This document shows, one piece after another, positions 29,259 through 41,700 of a DNA stretch of 42,551 bases (its first letter is position 1; each line of letters opens with the position of its first letter). The notes below the pieces were generated by a model. The model ran no database searches and was not told the origin of the DNA. It was given only the letters and a program-made list of their open reading frames with translations. Made by a program: the position numbers and the translations under genes. The DNA comes from an uncultured Polynucleobacter sp. (lineage in GTDB: Bacteria; Pseudomonadota; Gammaproteobacteria; Burkholderiales; Burkholderiaceae): the NCBI GenBank assembly GCA_964473225.1, contig CAYYOB010000001.1:13637-56187 (forward strand), in the 5' to 3' direction.

Positions 29259-30260
29259 TTAAATAACCTGCGCTGCAAAAAGATCATGAAGATTGAGGGC
29301 GCCCAATAAGACACCTTCTGCATCGACCACCACCAGTTGATTGATGCGATGGCGCTCCATCATTTCAACAGCTTCAGCTGCTAATAAATCTGGAGAAATT
29401 GTTCTTGGGTTTGGTGTCATCGCATCTTTTAAAGATGTGCCTTGAAATTGAATATTCTTTTCGATCAAACGACGCAAATCACCATCGGTGAATATGCCAA
29501 CAACTTTTTGAGAGTCATCAATCACCACTGTCATGCCCATGCGCTTGGAGGTGATTTCAAGTAAAGCATCGGTGATGCTTGCTTTGATATTTGTGCAAGG
29601 AGCTTCTGCGCCACCTCTCATCACATCACGAACGTGGGTGAGTAATTTTCTTCCCAAGTTACCGCCAGGATGTGAGCGTGCAAAATCTTCAGGTTTAAAT
29701 CCTCTGGCATCAAGCAATGCAACCGCTAGTGCATCTCCCATGGCCAATGCAGCAGTCGTGCTGGCGGTGGGCGCTAGATTGAGAGGGCAGGCTTCTTTTT
29801 CTACTGAAACATTGATATGTGAGTCTGCCAATGAAGCCAATGATGATTCTGGATTGCCAGTCAGTGCAATGAGTTTTGCACCAGTTCTTTTGATGATTGG
29901 CACGATTGCAGTCAGTTCGCTGGTTTCGCCAGAATTTGAGAATGCCACAAACACGTCGTGCTGAGTAACCATGCCTAAATCACCATGACTTGCTTCAGCT
30001 GGGTGAACAAAAAAGGCAGGTGAACCAGTGGATGCAAAAGTCGCCGCTATTTTTCTGCCAATATGACCAGATTTGCCAATTCCAGAAACCACAATGCGAC
30101 CTTTGCAGGCTAATAGCAATTCAATCGCATAGGCAAATTTCTCAGCATTTTTTTGCGTGAGATTTTTTTGTAGCGTCAAAATTGCTTCGGCTTCAATGGT
30201 CAAAGTTTCTCTAGCCAAATCAATGGCTCGCTGGTTTTGTGCAGAAGTTTGATGAGTCAT
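29259..30260 (-). CDS. kdsD: Arabinose-5-phosphate isomerase (SIS + CBS)
   Basis: GIGKSGHIG, HPAEASHGDLG, APTASTT, HPGG.LG, CBS pair. Confidence 0.96.
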   Translation of the reverse strand: MTHQTSAQNQRAIDLARETLTIEAEAILTLQKNLTQKNAEKFAYAIELLLACKGRIVVSGIGKSGHIGRKIAATFASTGSPAFFVHPAEASHGDLGMVTQHDVFVAFSNSGETSELTAIVPIIKRTGAKLIALTGNPESSLASLADSHINVSVEKEACPLNLAPTASTTAALAMGDALAVALLDARGFKPEDFARSHPGGNLGRKLLTHVRDVMRGGAEAPCTNIKASITDALLEITSKRMGMTVVIDDSQKVVGIFTDGDLRRLIEKNIQFQGTSLKDAMTPNPRTISPDLLAAEAVEMMERHRINQLVVVDAEGVLLGALNLHDLFAAQVI

Positions 30261-30283
30261 GGCTAGAGTATATGTCTTTAGAC

Positions 30284-33139
30284 CTATTTCAATAAAGGTG
30301 CCAGGTATTTGCCAGTGTAGCTTTTTGCTACTTTAGCAACTTTTTCAGGGGTACCAACGGCAATAATTTCACCGCCACCACCACCACCTTCTGGGCCCAA
30401 ATCAATGATCCAGTCGGCTGTCTTGATGACATCTAAATTATGTTCAATGATAACAATGGTGTTGCCATGCTTTTTCAGGGTATGAATCACCTTGAGCAAA
30501 AGCTGAATATCGTGGAAATGAAGACCGGTGGTTGGCTCATCCAAAATATACAAAGTTCTACCGGTGTCTCGTTTTGAAAGTTCTAAAGAGAGCTTCACAC
30601 GCTGCGCTTCACCTCCCGATAGGGTGGTGGCACTTTGCCCTAGTTTGACGTAACCCAAACCAACGTCGAGCAATGTTTTTAGTTTTCTTTTAACTGTTGG
30701 GACTGCCTCAAAGAATTCATGAGCCTGCTCAATGGTCATGGATAAAACTTCGTGAATATTTTTGCCTTTGTAGCGAATATCCAAAGTTTCTCGGTTGTAA
30801 CGTTTCCCGTGACAAACATCGCAAGGAACATAAACATCAGGCAAGAAGTGCATTTCAACTTTTAAGACACCATCGCCTTCACAAGTTTCGCAACGACCAC
30901 CTTTGACGTTGAATGAAAATCTACCAGCTTCGTAACCACGCTCTCGTGCTGCCGGTACGCCAGCAAATAATTCTCTGATTGGCGTAAAGAGACCGGTGTA
31001 AGTCGCAGGGTTTGATCTTGGTGTTCTACCAATAGGAGATTGATCAACGTTGATCACCTTATCAAAGTGCTCTAGACCAATGATTTCTTTGTGTTGCGCT
31101 GGCTCTGCATTAGAGCCATAGAGATGCTGAGCAACAGCGTGGTGAAGAGTGTCGTTGATCAAGGTTGATTTGCCTGATCCAGACACGCCTGTGACGCAGG
31201 TCAACAATCCCAAAGGAATCTCAATATCAACATTTTTAAGGTTGTTTCCTGTGGCACCCAATATTTTTAAAGAGTGCTCTCCCACAGGAGTTCTATTTTT
31301 AGGAACCTGAATGGCTTCTTTGCCTGAAAGGTAGGCGCCTGTTAATGAATCTGGATTGGCTTCAATTTCTTTTGGTGTGCCTTCTGCGATGATTCTTCCG
31401 CCATGCTCTCCAGCGCCAGGACCAATATCAATCACATGGTCCGAGGCTCTGATCATGTCTTCATCGTGCTCAACCACCAAGACTGAATTGCCTAAATCTC
31501 GTAGGTGCTTGAGTGTGCCAATGAGTCGGTCGTTATCGCGCTGATGCAGGCCAATGGATGGTTCATCCAATACGTACATGACGCCAGTTAAACCAGAACC
31601 AATTTGTGAGGCCAATCGAATGCGCTGCGCTTCTCCGCCTGAAAGGGTGTCTGCGCTTCTATCTAATGACAAATAATTCAAACCAACATCATTGAGAAAG
31701 CTAAGACGCGCACCAATTTCAGAAATGATTTTTCCTGCAATTTCTTTTTTGGCACCTTTTAATTCCAAAGAGAGGAAGTAGTCACGTGCTTGACCCAAAG
31801 GTAAGTTACTGACTTCATAAATGGCGCGAGCTTGTTTGCCATCACCCACTTTGACGTTTCTGGCTTCAGTTCTTAAGCGCGTGCCTTCGCAACTTGGGCA
31901 GGGTTTGTTGTTTTGATATTTTGCGAGTTCTTCTCTCACTGTTGGAGAGTCGGTTTCTCGGTAGCGTCGTTCGAAGTTCGCCACAATGCCTTCGAAAGCA
32001 TGCTCTCGAATCACCACCTTGCCTTTTTCGTTTAAGTATTCAAACGGAATATCTTGATTGTTAGATCCAAACAGCAATAGTTCTTGAGCTTTTTTTGGTA
32101 ACTCTTCAAATGGAGCTTCTAAGTCAAACTTGGCATGCTTGGCAAGGTTCTGTAGCAATCTAAAGTAGAACTGATTGCGGCGATCCCATCCTTTGATGGC
32201 GCCTGAAGCAAGGGATAGCTCAGGGTGAGCCACCACACGCTTGGGATCAAAAAAGCTGATGTGACCTAAGCCATCACAGCTAGGGCAAGCTCCCATGGGG
32301 TTGTTGAATGAAAATAATCGTGGCTCTAATTCTTGTAAAGAGTAAGAACAAACAGGGCAGGCAAACTTACTTGAAAAAAGCTGCTCTTTATCAGTGTCCA
32401 TTTCAAGCGCGATTGCTCTGCCATCGGCCAAGCGCAAAGCAGTTTCAAAAGACTCGGCCAAGCGCTGCTGAATGTCGGCCTTTATTTTGATGCGGTCAAC
32501 GACCACATCAATCGTGTGCTTTTCGTTCTTTACTAACTTTGGTAATTCATCAACTTCATAAATTTTTGCTTTGTTATGCAAAGCAGTGCCGCCACCTGAG
32601 CGAATCCGAAAACGAACAAAGCCTTGTGCTTGCAAGTCTTCAAATAGATCGACGTGCTCGCCTTTTCTTTCGCTCACAACAGGCGCCAAGATCATTAGCT
32701 TGGTGTCTTCAGGCATTGCCATGACCGCATCCACCATTTGCGAAACACTCTGAGCTTCAAGAGGCATTTGGTGCTCTGGGCAATGCGGTGTGCCGGCGCG
32801 TGCAAAAAGTAAACGCAAATAATCATGTATTTCAGTCACGGTACCTACGGTTGAGCGTGGGTTATGACTGGTCGCTTTTTGTTCAATAGAAATAGCTGGA
32901 GATAAACCCTCGATAGAGTCAACGTCCGGCTTTTCCATCAACTGCAAAAATTGACGAGCATAGGCAGATAAAGATTCGACATAACGTCGTTGTCCTTCGG
33001 CATAAAGCGTATCGAAGGCCAAAGAACTTTTACCCGACCCAGATAGACCAGTTAAGACAACCAGCTGGTTTCTAGGAATATCGAGATTGATATTTTTAAG
33101 GTTGTGGGTGCGGGCACCCCTAATTTTTATCGTATCCAT
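30284..33139 (-). CDS. uvrA: Excinuclease ABC subunit A
   Basis: Two Walker A motifs ([16 protein letters not shown]), two LSGGEAQR, zinc fingers. Confidence 0.98.
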   Translation of the reverse strand: MDTIKIRGARTHNLKNINLDIPRNQLVVLTGLSGSGKSSLAFDTLYAEGQRRYVESLSAYARQFLQLMEKPDVDSIEGLSPAISIEQKATSHNPRSTVGTVTEIHDYLRLLFARAGTPHCPEHQMPLEAQSVSQMVDAVMAMPEDTKLMILAPVVSERKGEHVDLFEDLQAQGFVRFRIRSGGGTALHNKAKIYEVDELPKLVKNEKHTIDVVVDRIKIKADIQQRLAESFETALRLADGRAIALEMDTDKEQLFSSKFACPVCSYSLQELEPRLFSFNNPMGACPSCDGLGHISFFDPKRVVAHPELSLASGAIKGWDRRNQFYFRLLQNLAKHAKFDLEAPFEELPKKAQELLLFGSNNQDIPFEYLNEKGKVVIREHAFEGIVANFERRYRETDSPTVREELAKYQNNKPCPSCEGTRLRTEARNVKVGDGKQARAIYEVSNLPLGQARDYFLSLELKGAKKEIAGKIISEIGARLSFLNDVGLNYLSLDRSADTLSGGEAQRIRLASQIGSGLTGVMYVLDEPSIGLHQRDNDRLIGTLKHLRDLGNSVLVVEHDEDMIRASDHVIDIGPGAGEHGGRIIAEGTPKEIEANPDSLTGAYLSGKEAIQVPKNRTPVGEHSLKILGATGNNLKNVDIEIPLGLLTCVTGVSGSGKSTLINDTLHHAVAQHLYGSNAEPAQHKEIIGLEHFDKVINVDQSPIGRTPRSNPATYTGLFTPIRELFAGVPAARERGYEAGRFSFNVKGGRCETCEGDGVLKVEMHFLPDVYVPCDVCHGKRYNRETLDIRYKGKNIHEVLSMTIEQAHEFFEAVPTVKRKLKTLLDVGLGYVKLGQSATTLSGGEAQRVKLSLELSKRDTGRTLYILDEPTTGLHFHDIQLLLKVIHTLKKHGNTIVIIEHNLDVIKTADWIIDLGPEGGGGGGEIIAVGTPEKVAKVAKSYTGKYLAPLLK

Positions 33140-33178
33140 GATTTTTCTCTGCGTAACCAGTTAATATAGCTCTTCTTT

Positions 33179-34345
33179 ATGGAAAAAACAGAACTTCGCG
33201 CATCTTTGGCTTTAGCCGGCATCTTTGCTCTACGCATGTTGGGGCTATTTTTAATCCTGCCAGTCTTTAGCATGCACGCCAAAGGCTTGCCAGGCGGTGA
33301 TCAAGCCCTATTGGTGGGCTTGGCATTGGGGGTCTACGGCCTGGTTCAGGCTTGTCTGCACATCCCACTAGGAATGCTTTCTGATAAGTACGGTCGAAGA
33401 CCAGTGGTCGTTGCCGGGCTTTTATTGTTTGTTTTAGGCGCCGTGATAGCGGGTAGCCAGGACGATTTAATGTGGATCATCGTGGGGCGTGCGATTCAAG
33501 GCGCTGGCGCTGTTTCAGCGGCTGTTACAGCATGGTTAGCAGATTTAACTAAGGAAGAAACCCGCACAAGAGCGATGGCCATGGTTGGAGGCAGTATTGC
33601 CCTGACATTTGCGATATCTTTGGTATTGGCCTCCCCGCTGCATGAATCTATTGGCTTGGATGGCATGTTCTATCTGATGGCTGTTTTGGGCATTGGGGCT
33701 ATTTTGTTGGCCTTGTTCGTGGTTCCGCAGCAAGAGAAGTCAAACACGCCCTTCACGGCTAAGTTTTCTGATGTTTTCTTTAATGCTGATTTATTGAGAT
33801 TGAACTTTGGCGTGTTTGCTTTGCATGCAGCCCAAATTGCTTTGTTTTTGACTTTGCCAAGATTGTTGGTGAAAGCTGACTTGCCTTTGGTTTCTCACTG
33901 GCATTTGTATTTGCCTGCTGTGTTGATTTCTTTTGCTTGCATGGCACCTATCATCATGATGAGTGAAAGAAGAAAGCGCATGAAGCCAGCATTCATCTTT
34001 GGCATTATTTCTATGATGATTGCTCAGTTAATGATTGCCAGCTTTGACACATTGCCAGCTCTTGCGACAGCAGTACTGATTTATTTCATTGGCTTTAATA
34101 TTTTGGAAGCGATGCAACCATCCTTGGTTTCTCGTTGGGCTAGTCAAGCCAAAGGGACTGCCTTGGGCATCTACAACACCACTCAATCAATTGGTTTATT
34201 CATTGGTGGCTTGGGCGGCGGTTGGTTATTGCAATGGGGTGGTGAGTCGAGTGTTTTTTATGCTTGCGCCGCATTGATTTTTGCCTGGCTTATAATCGCT
34301 TCATCGATGAGAGAGTTACCTCCAAAGGTTAGCTCACCAACTTAA
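33179..34345 (+). CDS. MFS transporter, YajR-like
   Basis: [30 protein letters not shown]; about 12 TM; canonical position between uvrA and ssb. Confidence 0.9.
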   Translation: MEKTELRASLALAGIFALRMLGLFLILPVFSMHAKGLPGGDQALLVGLALGVYGLVQACLHIPLGMLSDKYGRRPVVVAGLLLFVLGAVIAGSQDDLMWIIVGRAIQGAGAVSAAVTAWLADLTKEETRTRAMAMVGGSIALTFAISLVLASPLHESIGLDGMFYLMAVLGIGAILLALFVVPQQEKSNTPFTAKFSDVFFNADLLRLNFGVFALHAAQIALFLTLPRLLVKADLPLVSHWHLYLPAVLISFACMAPIIMMSERRKRMKPAFIFGIISMMIAQLMIASFDTLPALATAVLIYFIGFNILEAMQPSLVSRWASQAKGTALGIYNTTQSIGLFIGGLGGGWLLQWGGESSVFYACAALIFAWLIIASSMRELPPKVSSPT

Positions 34346-34389
34346 TTCGATCAATTTCGGTACAACAAACTTTTCTTCGGGAGACAAAA

Positions 34390-34845
34390 ATGGCATCAGT
34401 TAATAAAGTAATCATTGTGGGTAATGTTGGCCGTGATCCAGAAACTCGTCGCCTACCAAGTGGTGATGCAGTGACAAATATTTCAATCGCTACAACTGAT
34501 CGTTATCGCGACAAGCAGTCTGGCGAGATGCGTGAAAACACTGAATGGCACCGTGTTGCATTCTTTGGCAAGGTGGCTGAGGTCGCAGAGAAATACCTCA
34601 AAAAAGGTTCACAGGTTTATGTAGAGGGCCGTTTACGAACACGTAAATGGACTGATCAAAGCGGTCAGGAAAAATACTCTACAGAAATCGTTGCTGAAAC
34701 AATGCAAATGTTGGGTGGTAAGGCCCCTGGTTCTTCTGATGGCGGTATGCCAAGCCAAGGTTCATCTGCTTCATCTGCACCAAGATCATCTGCTCCAATG
34801 AGCAGCCCAAGCATCAGCGATATCGACGACGATATTCCGTTTTAA
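34390..34845 (+). CDS. ssb: Single-stranded DNA-binding protein
   Basis: [19 protein letters not shown]-terminal DDDIPF. Confidence 0.98.
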   Translation: MASVNKVIIVGNVGRDPETRRLPSGDAVTNISIATTDRYRDKQSGEMRENTEWHRVAFFGKVAEVAEKYLKKGSQVYVEGRLRTRKWTDQSGQEKYSTEIVAETMQMLGGKAPGSSDGGMPSQGSSASSAPRSSAPMSSPSISDIDDDIPF

Positions 34846-35679
34846 TTATTGACGTGAGTGACGGACATTGTCCGGCCACTCAGCGTTGTAATCAGCTCTG
34901 AATGGGTTGATATCAATGCCGCCTCTGCGTGTGTATCGGGCATAAACCGATAGCTTGCTAGGGCGGCATTTTTCTTTGATGTCCATGAAGATTTTTTCAA
35001 CGCAATGCTCATGAAACTCGTGATGTTCTCTGAATGAGATCAAGTAGCGCAGCAAACCTTCTTCATCAATGCTTGGACCAACGTAGTTGATCTGAATACT
35101 TGCCCAATCAGGTTGAGCAGTCACTGGGCAGTTAGAGCGCAGCAGGTGGCTCACCAATGATTCTTCAACGATGCCAAGACTTGTGTCTGATGAGAGTAAT
35201 GCAGCATCTGGTAATTGCTTGGGATCAATCTCTAAATCCAGTCGATCCAACAATTTTCCGGCCATCTCTTTCATGCCTTTAGTGCATTGCTGTTCTGGCG
35301 CATTTAACTGCACAGACACACTTGCGCCAGCGGCTTTGGATAAATCATTTTTGAGCGTTTGAATTAATTCTTCGTTTGATTGGAAGCAATGATTGTTCAA
35401 GCTGTTGAGATACAGCTTCCATGATTTTGATTCAATGATGTTTGGTGAATTAGCCGGAACAAAAAAGGTCGCAATCGCCAGCTGAGGCTTTCCTTTCGCG
35501 TTCAACCAACTGAGCTCATAAGCGTTCCAAATATCAATTCCAAAAAATGGTGGCTCAGCATTTTTAATTCCAATCTTTAATCTATTGTCAGTTCTTGAGA
35601 TTGGAAAAAGAAGTTCGGGGCTGTATTGATTTGGGTTGTCAGAGTTTTTACCCAGTGGGGCTTGGTCTAGAGTGCTCAT
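34846..35679 (-). CDS. queF: NADPH-dependent preQ0 reductase (bimodular QueF)
   Basis: [48 protein letters not shown]; start set at MSTLD. Confidence 0.96.
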   Translation of the reverse strand: MSTLDQAPLGKNSDNPNQYSPELLFPISRTDNRLKIGIKNAEPPFFGIDIWNAYELSWLNAKGKPQLAIATFFVPANSPNIIESKSWKLYLNSLNNHCFQSNEELIQTLKNDLSKAAGASVSVQLNAPEQQCTKGMKEMAGKLLDRLDLEIDPKQLPDAALLSSDTSLGIVEESLVSHLLRSNCPVTAQPDWASIQINYVGPSIDEEGLLRYLISFREHHEFHEHCVEKIFMDIKEKCRPSKLSVYARYTRRGGIDINPFRADYNAEWPDNVRHSRQ

Positions 35680-35683
35680 GTGA

Positions 35684-36595
35684 TTATTTGATTTGATTGG
35701 CAATGCCAGAAAGAACCTGACCTGTTGGGGCAACGTCTGATGCTAATTCGCAGTGACCCAGTTGATCGTCAAAGAAAAAGTCTGGTTGAAATTCTTTTAA
35801 AAAATCTTTTTTAGCTAAACCGCCAAGAAACATCGCTTCATCAACTGTGACGCCCCAAGCCATCAAAGTTCTGATGGCGCGCTCGTGGGCAGGGGCTGAT
35901 CGGGCTGTGACCAAAGCAGTTCTGATCTTCATTGACTGACCAGATTTTTTGGCAGACACCTGAAGGCGATGCAGTGCTTCTAATAAAGGTTTGAATGGAC
36001 CTGGCGGCAAGGGCGTTTCAACTTTGTGGCTTTCATGAGCAACAAATGCATCAAGCCCTTTGGCTTGAAAAACTCTTTCAGCTTCATCTGAAAATAAAAC
36101 CGCATCACCGTCAAAGGCGATGCGTATTTCATCAGGATTAGATTCGGCGAGTTGCTTACTTTGAGGAAACACCATGGCTGCAGGAAAGCCAGCATCCAAT
36201 GTGGCGCGCACATCATCAGCATTGGCTGATAAGAAAAGATTGGCCTGCAAAGATTTTAAGTAGTGATACGGCGCGCGACCTCGTGTGAAGACGCCGCGCT
36301 CAATGGCTAGACCGGCGTTTTTGGCAGAGCGAAAAACTCTCAAGCCGCTCACGGGGTCATTTCTAGAAAGAATCACGACTTCCACATTTTGTTGGCCGCC
36401 CTCGTTAAAGGTCAGTAACTTCTTGACCAATGGGTAGGCAACTCCAGGTTTGGCGGGCTGATCAATTCTGTTTAATTGAAGTTGCATGTAGGCGCTGTCA
36501 TCACTCGCTTCAAATATTTGATTCTCTTCTTCAAAATCAAATAAAGCTCGTGATGAAATGGCGACAACTAATTTGCCTTCAAGTGAAAACGCCAT
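35684..36595 (-). CDS. 5'-nucleotidase (cN-I-like HAD family)
   Basis: [40 protein letters not shown]. Confidence 0.92.
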   Translation of the reverse strand: MAFSLEGKLVVAISSRALFDFEEENQIFEASDDSAYMQLQLNRIDQPAKPGVAYPLVKKLLTFNEGGQQNVEVVILSRNDPVSGLRVFRSAKNAGLAIERGVFTRGRAPYHYLKSLQANLFLSANADDVRATLDAGFPAAMVFPQSKQLAESNPDEIRIAFDGDAVLFSDEAERVFQAKGLDAFVAHESHKVETPLPPGPFKPLLEALHRLQVSAKKSGQSMKIRTALVTARSAPAHERAIRTLMAWGVTVDEAMFLGGLAKKDFLKEFQPDFFFDDQLGHCELASDVAPTGQVLSGIANQIK

Positions 36596-36597
36596 GC

Positions 36598-38118
36598 TTA
36601 TGCCAAGAAAAGTTTGTAAGCAGGGTTATCGCTTTCATCCCAGTGTGGGTAGCCAAGCCCCGCTAAGAATTTCTTCAATTCTTTTTTATCACTCGCTGGC
36701 ACTTGCATACCAATCAGAATGCGGCCGTAATCTGCGCCATGATTTCGATAGTGGAACAAGCTGATGTTCCAGTTGGGCGCCATGCTGGTCAAGAATTTCA
36801 TCAAAGCACCAGGCTTCTCTGGAAACTCAAAGCGATAAAGCAATTCGTTTTTTGCTAACTGAGAGCGTCCACCAACCATGTGGCGCAAGTGTGACTTGGC
36901 CAATTCGTCTTGAGTCAAATCGATGGTATTAAAACCTGACTTGGTGAATGATTTGGCAATCACTGCGCTATCAGTGGCTTTTTGCGTGGCGATCCCAACG
37001 AAAATATGAGCTTGATCAGCATCAGCAATGCGATAGTTGAATTCTGTGACGTTGCGCTCACCCAACAGTTCACAGAAACGTTTGAACGAACCTCTTTGTT
37101 CTGGAATGGTGACCGCAAAAACAGCTTCTTTGGATTCGCCAACCTCGGCTCGTTCAGCCACGAATCTGAGTCGATTGAAGTTGATGTTCGCGCCGCAGGC
37201 AACTGCAACCAAGGTTTGGTTCTTGCACTTCTCGCGCTCAACGTATGACTTTAGACCAGCTAAAGCAAGTGCTCCAGCAGGTTCTAGAATGCTGCGGGTA
37301 TCGGTGAAGACATCGTTGATGGCTGCACAGATAGCGTCTGTATCAACAGTGATGATTTCATCGACTACTTGCTGGCAAAGTCTAAAAGTTTCTTTACCAA
37401 CCAATTTGACAGCGGTACCGTCTGAAAAAAGACCAACATCTTTTAATTCAACTCGGCGACCAGCTTCCAAAGATTTCTTCATGGCATCAGAGTCAACGGT
37501 TTGAACGCCGATGACCTTGATTTCTGGACGGATGGCTTTGATGTAAGCGCCAACACCAGCAATTAATCCACCGCCACCGATGGCTAAGAAAATTGCATCA
37601 ATCGGCTCTTGGTGTTGTTGCAGAATCTCCATGGCAATTGTTCCCTGACCTGCAATGACATCTGGGTCATCAAAGGGGTGAACAAATGTGAGTTGATGCT
37701 TCTTTTCAAGAGACAGGGCGTGTTGATAAGCGTCGCTATAAGAATCGCCATGCAAAACAATTTTGACGGAGCTGCCGCCGCGAGAACTCACCGCGTCTAT
37801 TTTCACTTGCGGTGTGGTTGTCGGCATCACGATGATGGCTTTGCAATTCAATTTTGCTGCAGCCAAAGCCACACCTTGGGCATGGTTGCCTGCTGAAGCT
37901 GCAATGACCCCACGTTTTAGGTCGGCAGGGCTCAAATGAGCCATTTTGTTATAGGCCCCTCTTAACTTAAACGAAAAAACTGGTTGGTTATCTTCTCTTT
38001 TAAGTAAAACCTTGTTTTTAATGCGCTCAGAAAGGTGTGAAGCTACTTCAAGCTCGGTTTCTCGGGCAACGTCATAGACCTTGGCGGTCAATATTTTTCT
38101 TAAATAATCTTTAGGCAT
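36598..38118 (-). CDS. ilvA: Biosynthetic threonine ammonia-lyase
   Basis: SFKLRGA PLP lysine, SAGNHAQG, two regulatory ACT-like domains (TEFNYR, SLFHYRNHG). Confidence 0.97.
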   Translation of the reverse strand: MPKDYLRKILTAKVYDVARETELEVASHLSERIKNKVLLKREDNQPVFSFKLRGAYNKMAHLSPADLKRGVIAASAGNHAQGVALAAAKLNCKAIIVMPTTTPQVKIDAVSSRGGSSVKIVLHGDSYSDAYQHALSLEKKHQLTFVHPFDDPDVIAGQGTIAMEILQQHQEPIDAIFLAIGGGGLIAGVGAYIKAIRPEIKVIGVQTVDSDAMKKSLEAGRRVELKDVGLFSDGTAVKLVGKETFRLCQQVVDEIITVDTDAICAAINDVFTDTRSILEPAGALALAGLKSYVEREKCKNQTLVAVACGANINFNRLRFVAERAEVGESKEAVFAVTIPEQRGSFKRFCELLGERNVTEFNYRIADADQAHIFVGIATQKATDSAVIAKSFTKSGFNTIDLTQDELAKSHLRHMVGGRSQLAKNELLYRFEFPEKPGALMKFLTSMAPNWNISLFHYRNHGADYGRILIGMQVPASDKKELKKFLAGLGYPHWDESDNPAYKLFLA

Positions 38119-38158
38119 CCTGTGAGCGTATCACGGCAAAAGCCTAAAATGATCAAAC

Positions 38159-38662
38159 ATGGATACCAATTTACATAATTTTTTGGTTTGGCTTTCTCTG
38201 CCCACGGTGGGCTTGCCGGCCGTTTTCTCGATTTCTTTTATATCGGCAACCCTTTTGCCGCTGGGTTCAGAGCCAGTCTTATTTGGGTATATCAAATTAA
38301 ATCCGGATATGTTCTGGCCAGCAGTTATTGTGGCGACGATCGGTAATACCCTTGGCGGCATGCTGAATTGGTTGATTGGTTTTGGTGCTAACAAGGCGCA
38401 AGAGAAGCTTTTAGGCCCCAGAGACCATAAATTGCTGGGGTGGTTTGAGAAACTAGGCCCCCCAGCCTTATTGCTATCCTGGTTGCCCATCGTTGGGGAC
38501 CCTCTGTGCGCGGTCGCGGGTTGGCTCAGGCTGCCATGGCTGCCGTGCATGATTTACATGGCCATCGGTAAGTTTTTACGTTATGTCACCATGACTTACG
38601 TTCTATTGCTGATTCCTGGGGAGTTTTGGACAACCATTGGCCGTTGGCTTGGTTTCCTTTAA
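38159..38662 (+). CDS. yqaA: YqaA/DedA (SNARE-associated) family membrane protein
   Basis: SATLLPLGSE, ATIGNTLG, LLLSWLPIVGDPL, GKFLRY. Confidence 0.9.
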   Translation: MDTNLHNFLVWLSLPTVGLPAVFSISFISATLLPLGSEPVLFGYIKLNPDMFWPAVIVATIGNTLGGMLNWLIGFGANKAQEKLLGPRDHKLLGWFEKLGPPALLLSWLPIVGDPLCAVAGWLRLPWLPCMIYMAIGKFLRYVTMTYVLLLIPGEFWTTIGRWLGFL

Positions 38663-38773
38663 TGACCTTGCTTAATTTAAGGTCACAATTTAAGGCCACA
38701 AAAGGACTTCAGGAAGAATAAGGCGAAGATCTCGATAGTCCTTTAAAATGGCTTTTTAGTTAAAAGTGATGAT

Positions 38774-41700
38774 ATGAACGCACCTTTGCCACTCCACAGC
38801 ATGACAGAGCATCCTCAAAATGCCCCTCGTTTGCGTGAAATACCCTACAACTACACATCTTTCTCAGACAGAGAGATCGTTATCCGTTTATTGGGTGAGG
38901 AAGCTTGGCAAATTCTTGACGAACTTCGGTCTGGAAGAAAAACTGGGCGTTCAGCCAGAATGCTTTACGAAGTATTGGGTGACATCTGGGTTGTTCAGCG
39001 CAATCCTTATCTACAAGACGATCTTTTAGATAACCCTGGTCGTCGCAAGCAATTGATCGAAGCATTGCATCATCGCCTAAGAGAAGTTCAAAAAAGAATG
39101 ACCACTGATTTGGCTGACAAAGTCGCTAAATTGGTTGATAGCGCCAAACTTGCTGTTGAACAATTCAACGCTGAGTTTGATCGTGTTGCGATTTTGCGCA
39201 AGCGTGTGCGTAAAGTTTTAGGCAAGTTCACTGCAGCTGACAATATCGCTTACGATGGTTTGGCTCGTGTTTCTCATGTGACCGATGCAACTGATTGGCG
39301 CGTTGAATACCCATTCGTTGTTTTAACGCCTGATACTGAAGAAGAAATTCCTAACCTGGTCAAAGGTTGTATTGAACTAGGTCTGACCATCATTCCTCGC
39401 GGAGGCGGTACTGGATACACAGGTGGAGCAATTCCTTTGTCTCCAATGTCAGCCGTTATCAACACAGAAAAGCTTGAAACTCTCGGCCCTGTAGAGATGA
39501 TGCGTTTGCCTGGCTTGAGTGAAGAGGTTGCCACAATTTATTCTGGTGCCGGAGTGGTTACCAAGCGAGTTTCTGATGCAGCAGATAAATCCGGCAATGT
39601 TTTTGCTGTAGATCCTACGTCTGCTGAGGCCAGCTGTATTGGTGGAAATATCGCCATGAACGCTGGTGGTAAAAAAGCTGTTTTGTGGGGTACTGCTCTT
39701 GATAACTTGGCGTCCTGGAGAATGGTTGATCCGGATGGCAACTGGTTAGACATTGAGCGCATTGGTCACAACATGAGCAAGATTCATGATGTCGACTTTG
39801 CCACTTTCAAATTGGTTTGGTCAGATGGCTCTTATGCTCCTGGTCAAAAAGTAATCAAGACCGAAGAGTTGAAGATTGAAGGTAAGACCTTCCGTAAAGA
39901 AGGACTTGGCAAGGATGTGACTGATAAATTTTTATCAGGTTTGCCAGGTATTCAAAAAGAAGGTTGTGATGGTTTGATCACGAGTGCAAGATGGGTCTTG
40001 CATCGCATGCCAAAGCAAATTCGCACAGTTTGTTTGGAGTTCTTTGGTCAAGCGCGCGATGCTATTCCAAGCATCGTTGAAATCAAAGCTTACTTAGATC
40101 AACAAACCAAACAAGGCGGCGCTATTTTGGCTGGCCTTGAGCATTTGGATGAGCGCTATCTAAAAGCAGTTGGCTACGCTACCAAGTCAAAGCGCAATGT
40201 ATTGCCAAAAATGGTTTTGATTGGCGACATCGTTGGTGATGATGAGAATGCTGTGGCGATGGCTGCCAGCGAAGTGATTCGCATGGCCAACACAAGGGTT
40301 GGTGAAGGTTTCGTTGCTGTGAGCGCAGAAGCTCGCAAGAAATTTTGGTTAGACCGTTCAAGAACTGCTGCTATTGCAAGACACACCAACGCATTCAAGG
40401 TGAATGAAGACGTTGTGATCCCGCTTGATCGCATGGGTGAGTACACCGATGGTATTGAGCGCATCAATATTGAACTGTCTTTGAAGAACAAACTTCAGCT
40501 TTTGAGTGAGCTTGAGAGTTTCCTTCAGCAAGGTAATTTACCGTTAGGCAAGTCAGAGGACGGCGATGTGCCTGAGGCTGATTTACTTGAAGGTCGTGTT
40601 TCACAAGCTTTGCAATTGATTGCTTCTGTTAGACAAGAGTGGATGGGCTGGTCAAAGAATATGGATCAGCACTTCTCAGCCTTGCAAGACAGAAGTTTGC
40701 GCGCCTCATGGAAGCTTCAAGTCAGAGCTGAGTTAAGAAATATATTCAGTGGTGTTCCGTTCGAGCCTATCTTGAAAGAGTGCGAAGCAATCCATAAGAA
40801 GGTTCTTCGCAGTCGTGTATTCGTGGCTTTGCACATGCATGCTGGTGACGGCAACGTGCACACGAACATTCCTGTGAATTCTGATAATTACGACATGCTT
40901 CAAGATGCTCATCAATCCGTTGATCGCATCATGAAGTTGGCAAGATCTTTGAATGGTGTGATTTCAGGTGAGCACGGTATTGGTATTACCAAGCTTGAAT
41001 ATTTGACCGATGCAGAGATCAAAGACTTTAGATCTTATAAGTTGAGAATTGACCCAGAAGGGCGTTTCAATAAAGGCAAGTTAATGCAGGGCGCCGATTT
41101 GAGAAATGCCTACACACCAAGTTTTGGTTTGATGGGTCATGAATCTCTCATCATGCAGCAAAGTGATATTGGTGATATCGCAACGAGCATCAAAGATTGC
41201 TTGCGTTGCGGAAAATGTAAGCCTGTTTGCGCGACGCACGTGCCACGCGCTAACTTGTTGTACAGCCCACGTAACAAAATTTTGGCCACATCTTTGTTGG
41301 TTGAAGCCTTCTTGTATGAAGAGCAAACTAGACGCGGAGTTTCAGTCAAACATTGGGAAGCTTTTGATGACGTCGCTGCACACTGCACGGTTTGTCATAA
41401 GTGTTTAACGCCATGTCCAGTGAAGATTGACTTTGGTGATGTCACCATGAATATGCGTAATTTGTTGCGCAAGATGGGGCAGAAGAAATTCAATCCAGGT
41501 GCAGCGGCTGCCATGTTCTTCTTGAATGCCACCAACCCTGAAACGATTCAATTGACCAGAAAGTTAATGATCGATTGGGGTTATAAAGCTCAGCGCTTGG
41601 CGCATGATTTATTGAAGAAGTTTGCCAAGGCGCAAACTGCCAAGCCTCGTTCAACTGTGACGAAGCCGCCGATTCAAGAGCAGGTGATTCATTTCATCAA

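Noticed and set aside
29533-29964. Long antisense ORFs opposite kdsD (also 13330-13689, 37037-37504, 38131-38550)
   Set aside because: Antisense frames of conserved genes explained by codon bias; no motifs or start signals
32560-32610. [13 protein letters not shown] insertion in UvrA
   Set aside because: Short surface-loop insertion that I recall from other Burkholderiales UvrA; no intein or other hallmark
33140-33178. LexA/SOS box upstream of uvrA
   Set aside because: No CTGT-N8-ACAG; the CTG..CAG present has only 6 nt spacing
36697-36707. TGGCAC-TTGCA resembling a sigma54 site
   Set aside because: Wrong spacing (not GG-N10-GC) and inside the ilvA coding sequence
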